A DNA stretch of 17,954 nucleotides from Utricularia gibba. Its lineage: Eukaryota > Plantae > Magnoliophyta. The notes under the pieces were generated by a model. The model saw nothing but the letters and a program-made list of their open reading frames with translations. It did no database searches and had not been told where the DNA came from. Shown piece by piece: positions 13,243-17,954 of the stretch; position 1 is the first letter of the stretch; every line of letters begins with the position of its first letter. The stretch is taken from positions 1 to 17,954 of the forward strand of contig NEEC01000068.1 of the NCBI GenBank assembly GCA_002189035.1, written 5' to 3'. The position numbers and the translations under genes are program-made.

Positions 13243-13399
13243 CCAGCGAGACTGGCCGCCACAAAACGAGAAGCTGTTCCTTGAAAAACCATGTAGGCAG
13301 CCCCCAAAACTGAACGTTAATAAATACATCACTTTATTTTCCGAGCTACAACTAACTCTCGGCGCAAGCCAAACCTGACCTTTGTCCCGTTCTAGGTGC
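13243..13399. repeat. Sub-repeat half A (~157 bp) of the monomer
   Basis: Anchors agac/caa, ttgaaaaaccatgt, catca+T-run and agccaaac match half B at an offset of 156-157 nt. Confidence 0.8.
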
Positions 13400-13459
13400 A
13401 CCCCAAGACCGCCTCCTCAAGTATAAAGTAAGTTGTTGAAAAAATCATGTGGGGTGCAC
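13396..13459. repeat. Perfect 10-bp inverted repeat GTGCACCCCA / TGGGGTGCAC with a 44-nt spacer, present in most intact monomers
   Basis: gtgcacccca at 13396-13405 is the exact reverse complement of tggggtgcac at 13450-13459. The same pair is at 4500-4509 and 4554-4563. Confidence 0.92.
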
Positions 13460-13556
13460 GTGATATCGTAATTTAAACAAAGGCATCATTTTTTTAATCG
13501 ATTTGCATCCGGTTGACCTCATGAGCCATACATAATCGGGGTCAAGGACCAAGTTC
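13400..13556. repeat. Sub-repeat half B (~157 bp) of the monomer
   Basis: Anchors agac/caa, ttgaaaaaatcatgt, catca+T-run and agccatac. An ungapped comparison of 13313-13352 with 13470-13509 gives 25/40 identities by hand count. Confidence 0.8.
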
Positions 13557-16500
13557 CCAGCGAGACTGGCCGCCACAAAACGAGAAGCTGTTCCTTGAAA
13601 AACCATGTAGGCAGCCCCCAAAACTGAACGTTAATAAATACATCACTTTATTTTCCGAGCTACAACTAACTCTCGGCGCAAGCCAAACCTGACCTTTGTC
13701 CCGTTCTAGGTGCACCCCAAGACCGCCTCCTCAAGTATAAAGTAAGTTGTTGAAAAAATCATGTGGGGTGCACGTGATATCGTAATTTAAACAAAGGCAT
13801 CATTTTTTTAATCGATTTGCATCCGGTTGACCTCATGAGCCATACAGAATCGGGTCAAGGACCAAGTTCCCAGCGAGACTGGCCGCCACAAAACGAGAAG
13901 CTGTTCCTTGAAAAACCATGTAGGCAGCCCCCAAAACTGAACGTTAATAAATACATCACTTTATTTTCCGAGCTACAACTAACTCTCGGCGCAAGCCAAA
14001 CCTGACCTTTGTCCCGTTCTAGGTGCACCCCAAGACCGCCTCCTCAAGTATAAAGTAAGTTGTTGAAAAAATCATGTGGGGTGCACGTGATATCGTAATT
14101 TAAACAAAGGCATCATTTTTTTAATCGATTTGCATCCGGTTGACCTCATGAGCCATACATAATCGGGGTCAAGGACCAAGTTCCCAGCGAGACTGGCCGC
14201 CACAAAACGAGAAGCTGTTCCTTGAAAAACCATGTAGGCAGCCCCAAAACTGAACGTTAATAAATACATCACTTTATTTGCCGAGCTACAACTAACTCTC
14301 GGCGCAAGCCAAACCTGACCTTTGTCCCGTTCCAGGTGCACCCCAAGACCGCCTCCTCAAGTATAAAGTAAGTTGTTGAAAAAATCATGTGGGGTGCACG
14401 TGATATCGTAATTTAAACAAAGGCATCATTTTTTTAATCGATTTGCATCCGGTTGACCTCATGAGCCATACAGAATCGGGTCAAGGACCAAGTTCCCAGC
14501 GAGACTGGCCGCCACAAAACGAGAAGCTGTTCCTTGAAAAACCATGTAGGCAGCCCCAAAACTGAACGTTAATAAATACATCACTTTATTTTCCGAGCTA
14601 CAACTAACTCTCGGCGCAAGCCAAACCTGACCTTTGTCCCGTTCTAGGTGCACCCCAAGACCGCCTCCTCAAGTATAAAGTAAGTTGTTGAAAAAATCAT
14701 GTGGGGTGCACGTGATATCGTAATTTAAACAAAGGCATCATTTTTTTTAATCGATTTGCATCCGGTTGACCTCATGAGCATACAGAATCGGGGTCAAGGA
14801 CCAAGTTCCCAGCGAGACTGGCCGCCACAAAACGAGAAGCTGTTCCTTGAAAAACCATGTAGGCAGCCCCAAAACTGAACGTTAATAAATACATCACTTT
14901 ATTTGCCGAGCTACAACTAACTCTCGGCGCAAGCCAAACCTGACCTTTGTCCCGTTCTAGGTGCACCCCAAGACCGCCTCCTCAAGTATAAAGTAAGTTG
15001 TTGAAAAAATCATGTGGGTGCACGTGATATCGTAATTTAAACAAAGGCATCATTTTTTTAATCGATTTGCATCCGGTTGACCTCATGAGCCATACAGAAT
15101 CGGGGTCAAGGACCAAGTTCCCAGCGAGACTGGCCGCCACAAAACGAGAAGCTGTTCCTTGAAAAACCATGTAGGCAGCCCCCAAAAACTGAACGTTAAT
15201 AAATACATCACTTTATTTGCCGAGCTACAACTAACTCTCGGCGCAAGCCAAACCTGACCTTTGTCCCGTTCTAGGTGCACCCCAAGACCGCCTCCTCAAG
15301 TATAAAGTAAGTTGTTGAAAAAATCATGTGGGGTGCACGTGATATCGTAATTTAAAAAAGCATCATTTTTTTAATCGATTTCATCCGGTTGACCTCATGA
15401 GCCATACAGAATCGGGGTCAAGGACCAAGTTCCAGCGAGACTGGCCGCCACAAAACGAGAAGCTGTTCCTTGAAAAACCATGTAGGCAGCCCCCAAAAAC
15501 TGAACGTTAATAAATACATCACTTTATTTACAACTAACTCTCGCGCAAGCCAAACCTGACCTTTGTCCCGTTCTAGGTGCACCCCAAGACCGCCTCCTCA
15601 AGTATAAAGTAAGTTGTTGAAAAAATCATGTGGGTGCACGTGATATCGTAATTTAAACAAAGGCATCATTTTCTTTAATCGATTTGCATCCGGTTGACCT
15701 CATGAGCCATACATAATCGGGGTCAAGGACCAAGTTCCCAGCGAGACTGGCCGCCACAAAACGAGAAGCTGTTCCTTGAAAAACCATGTAGGCAGCCCCC
15801 AAAAACTGAACGTTAATAAATACATCACTTTATTTTCCGAGCTACAACTAACTCTCGGCGCAAGCCAAACCTGACCTTTGTCCCGTTCTAGGTGCACCCC
15901 AAGACCGCCTCCTCAAGTATAAAGTAAGTTGTTGAAAAAATCATGTGGGTGCACGTGATATCGTAATTTAAACAAAGGCATCATTTTCTTTAATCGATTT
16001 GCATCCGGTTGACCTCATGAGCCATACATAATCGGGTCAAGGACCAAGTTCCCAGCGAGACTGGCCGCCACAAAACGAGAAGCTGTTCCTTGAAAAACCA
16101 TGTAGGCAGCCCCCAAAACTGAACGTTAATAAATACATCACTTTATTTTCCGAGTACAACTAACTTCGCGCAAGCCAAACCTGACCTTTGTCCCGTTCTA
16201 GGTGCACCCCAAGACCGCCTCCTCAAGTATAAAGCAAGTTGTTGAAAAAATCATGTGGGGTGCACGTGATATCGTAATTTAAACAAAGGCATCATTTTTT
16301 TAATCGATTTGCATCCGGTTGACCTCATGAGCCATACAGAATCGGGGTCAAGGACCAAGTTCCCAGCGAGACTGGCCGCCAAAAACGAGAAGCTGTTCCT
16401 TGAAAAACCATGTAGGCAGCCCCAAAACTGAACGTTAATAAATACATCACTTTATTTTCCGAGCTACAACTAACTCTCGGCGCAAGCCAAACCTGACCTT

Positions 16501-16781
16501 TGTCCGTTCTAGGTGCACCCCAAGACCGCCTCCTCAAGTATAAAGTAAGTTGTTGAAAAAATCATGTGGGGTGCACGTGATATCGTAATTTAAACAAAGG
16601 CATCATTTTTTTAATCGATTTGCATCGGTTGACCTCATGAGCATACAGAATCGGGGTCAAGGACCAAGTTCCCAGCGAGACTGGCCGCCACAAAACGAGA
16701 AGCTGTTCCTTGAAAAACCATGTAGGCAGCCCCGAAAACTGAACGTTAATAAATACATCACTTTATTTTCCGAGCTACAAC

Positions 16782-16901
16782 TAACTCTCGGCGCAAGCCA
16801 AACCTGACCTTTGTCCCGTTCGGTGCACCCCAAGACCGCCTAACTCTCGGCGCAAGCCAAACCTGACCTTTGTCCCGTTCTAGGTGCACCCCAAGACCGC
16901 C
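16782..16901. repeat. Internal tandem duplication of ~60 bp within one monomer
   Basis: taactctcggcgc...caagaccgcc occurs at 16782-16840 (59 bp, lacking the ta of ttctagg) and again at 16841-16901 (61 bp). Landmark spacing is 16631 to 17004 = 373. Confidence 0.9.
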
Positions 16902-17954
16902 TCCTCAAGTATAAAGTAAGTTGTTGAAAAAATCATGTGGGGTGCACGTGATATCGTAATTTAAACAAAGGCATCATTTTTTTTAATCAATTTGCATCCG
17001 GTTGACCTCATGAGCAATACATAATGGGTCAAGGACCAAGTTCCCAGCGAGACTGGCCGCCACAAAACGAGAAGCTGTTCCTTGAAAAACCATGTAGGCA
17101 GCCCCCGAAAAACTGAACGTTAATAAATACATCACTTTATTTGCCGAGCTACAACTAACTCTCGGCGCAAGCCAAACCTGACCTTTGTCCCGTTCCAGGT
17201 GCACCCCAAGACCGCCTCCTCAAGTATAAAGTAAGTTGTTGAAAAAATCATGTGGGTGCACGTGATATCGTAATTTAAACAAAGGCATCATTTTTTTAAT
17301 CGATTTGCATCCGGTTGACCTCATGAGCCATACAGAATCGGGTCAAGGACCAAGTTCCCAGCGAGACTGGCCGCCACAAAACGAGAAGCTGTTCCTTGAA
17401 AAACCATGTAGGCAGCCCCCGAAAACTGAACGTTAATAAATACATCACTTTATTTGCCGAGCTACAACTAACTCTCGGCGCAAGCCAAACCTGACCTTTG
17501 TCCCGTTCTAGGTGCACCCCAAGACCGCCTCCTCAAGTATAAAGTAAGTTGTTTGAAAAAATCATGTGGGGTGCACGTGATATCGTAATTTAAACAAAGC
17601 ATTTTTTAATCGATTTGCATCCGGTTGACCTCATGAGCAATACATAATCGGGTCAAGGACCAAGTTCCCAGCGAGACTGGCCGCCACAAAACGAGAAGCT
17701 GTTCCTTGAAAAACCATGTAGCAGCCCCCGAAAACTGAACGTTAATAAATACATCACTTTATTTCCGAGCTACAACTAACTCTCGGCGCAAGCCAAACCT
17801 GACCTTTGTCCCGTTCTAGGTGCACCCCAAGACCGCCCCTCAAGTATAAAGTAAGTTGTTGAAAAATCATGTGGGGTGCACGTGATATCGTAATTTAAAC
17901 AAAGCATCATTTTTTTAATCGATTTGCATCCGGTTGACCTCATGAGCCATACAT

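Larger units (their letters stand above)
13243..13556. repeat. Representative full-length 314-bp monomer (close to consensus)
   Basis: Runs from ccagcgagac at 13243 to ccaagttc at 13556; the next unit starts at 13557. Used as the coordinate reference for sub-monomer features. Confidence 0.95.
1..17954. repeat. Tandem array (satellite DNA-like) of a ~314-bp monomer, head-to-tail in one orientation, running off both window ends
   Basis: The same unit (ccagcgagactggccgccacaaaacgagaagctgttccttgaaaaaccatgtagg...ggggtcaaggaccaagttc) recurs throughout. Measured periods: 13243 to 13557 = 314; repeated ORF starts 4606 to 4920 = 314 and 3978 to 4606 = 628. I saw no inverted copies and no long unique insert. 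Confidence 0.98.
13048..17954. repeat. Right homogeneous block, about 15.5 monomers
   Basis: Regular ~312-315-bp spacing of landmarks, with one monomer lengthened to ~373 bp by an internal duplication. Confidence 0.9.

Noticed and set aside
13254-13305. Resemblance to an HDV-like (CPEB3-type) ribozyme: ggccgccac...agaagctgttc...ggcagcccc, with ggccgcc/ggcagcc able to pair at 6 of 7 positions
   Set aside because: The nested double pseudoknot cannot be built. The would-be L3 is far too long, no P3 partner abuts P1', there is no GG for P1.1 after P1', and I found no P2 partner. An Infernal or RNArobo search would settle it.
13500-13535. 5S rDNA repeat: short 5S-like words ttgcatcc, ggttgacctc and gccatac in a ~300-bp tandem unit
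   Set aside because: The words are in the wrong order and spacing for 5S rRNA, and there is no ~120-nt alignable gene or internal control region.
13243-13556. Hammerhead ribozyme as in newt satellite 2, schistosome SM-alpha or retrozymes (similar unit size)
   Set aside because: No CUGANGA core on either strand: no ctgaNga on plus and no tcNtcag for minus in the consensus monomer.
13243-13556. CENP-B box
   Set aside because: Neither strand has TTCG-N4-A-N2-CGGG; the bases upstream of cgggg and downstream of cccg do not fit.
1785-14005. Recurrent 62-aa plus-strand ORF (MHPVDLMS...GASQT) at 1785, 2724, 3978, 4606, 4920 and 13817
   Set aside because: It starts at TTG and is open only in monomers with a particular 1-nt indel state (gagcat vs gagccat, or G3 vs G4). 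I recognise no domain in it. Recurrence simply reflects the DNA repeat.
236-17517. Many 62-89-aa minus-strand ORFs (MHLERDKGQ..., MVFQGTAS..., MRRRSW...)
   Set aside because: All are translations of the same monomer. They swap frames at homopolymer runs, show no frame conservation among copies and have no recognisable homology.
1-17954. Assignment to a named satellite family (CentO, CentC, alpha, 1.688 or others) or to an organism
   Set aside because: Only the ~157-bp subunit length is similar to some of these. I do not recognise the sequence and cannot run a database search.

Overview
The whole 17,954-nt window is one head-to-tail, single-orientation tandem array of a ~314-bp monomer, best described as satellite DNA. 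I cannot assign it to a named family or organism. I found no supportable protein-coding gene, RNA gene, CRISPR array or mobile element; every listed ORF is a translation of the same monomer and shifts frame with homopolymer-length changes. The monomer is itself an old, diverged dimer of two ~157-bp halves and carries a perfect 10-bp inverted repeat and a dense cluster of short palindromes. Two homogeneous blocks (1-5937, about 19 monomers; 13048-17954, about 15.5 monomers) flank a ~7.1-kb central zone (5938-13047) of deleted and mosaic monomers in which identical non-consensus junctions recur. That zone may be a long-read basecalling or consensus artefact. Linked non-homopolymer variants recur in monomers up to ~16 kb apart, which favours a real genomic array with monomer lineages over a single-template rolling-circle concatemer. 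The sequence does not support a novel gene system; the points of interest are structural.
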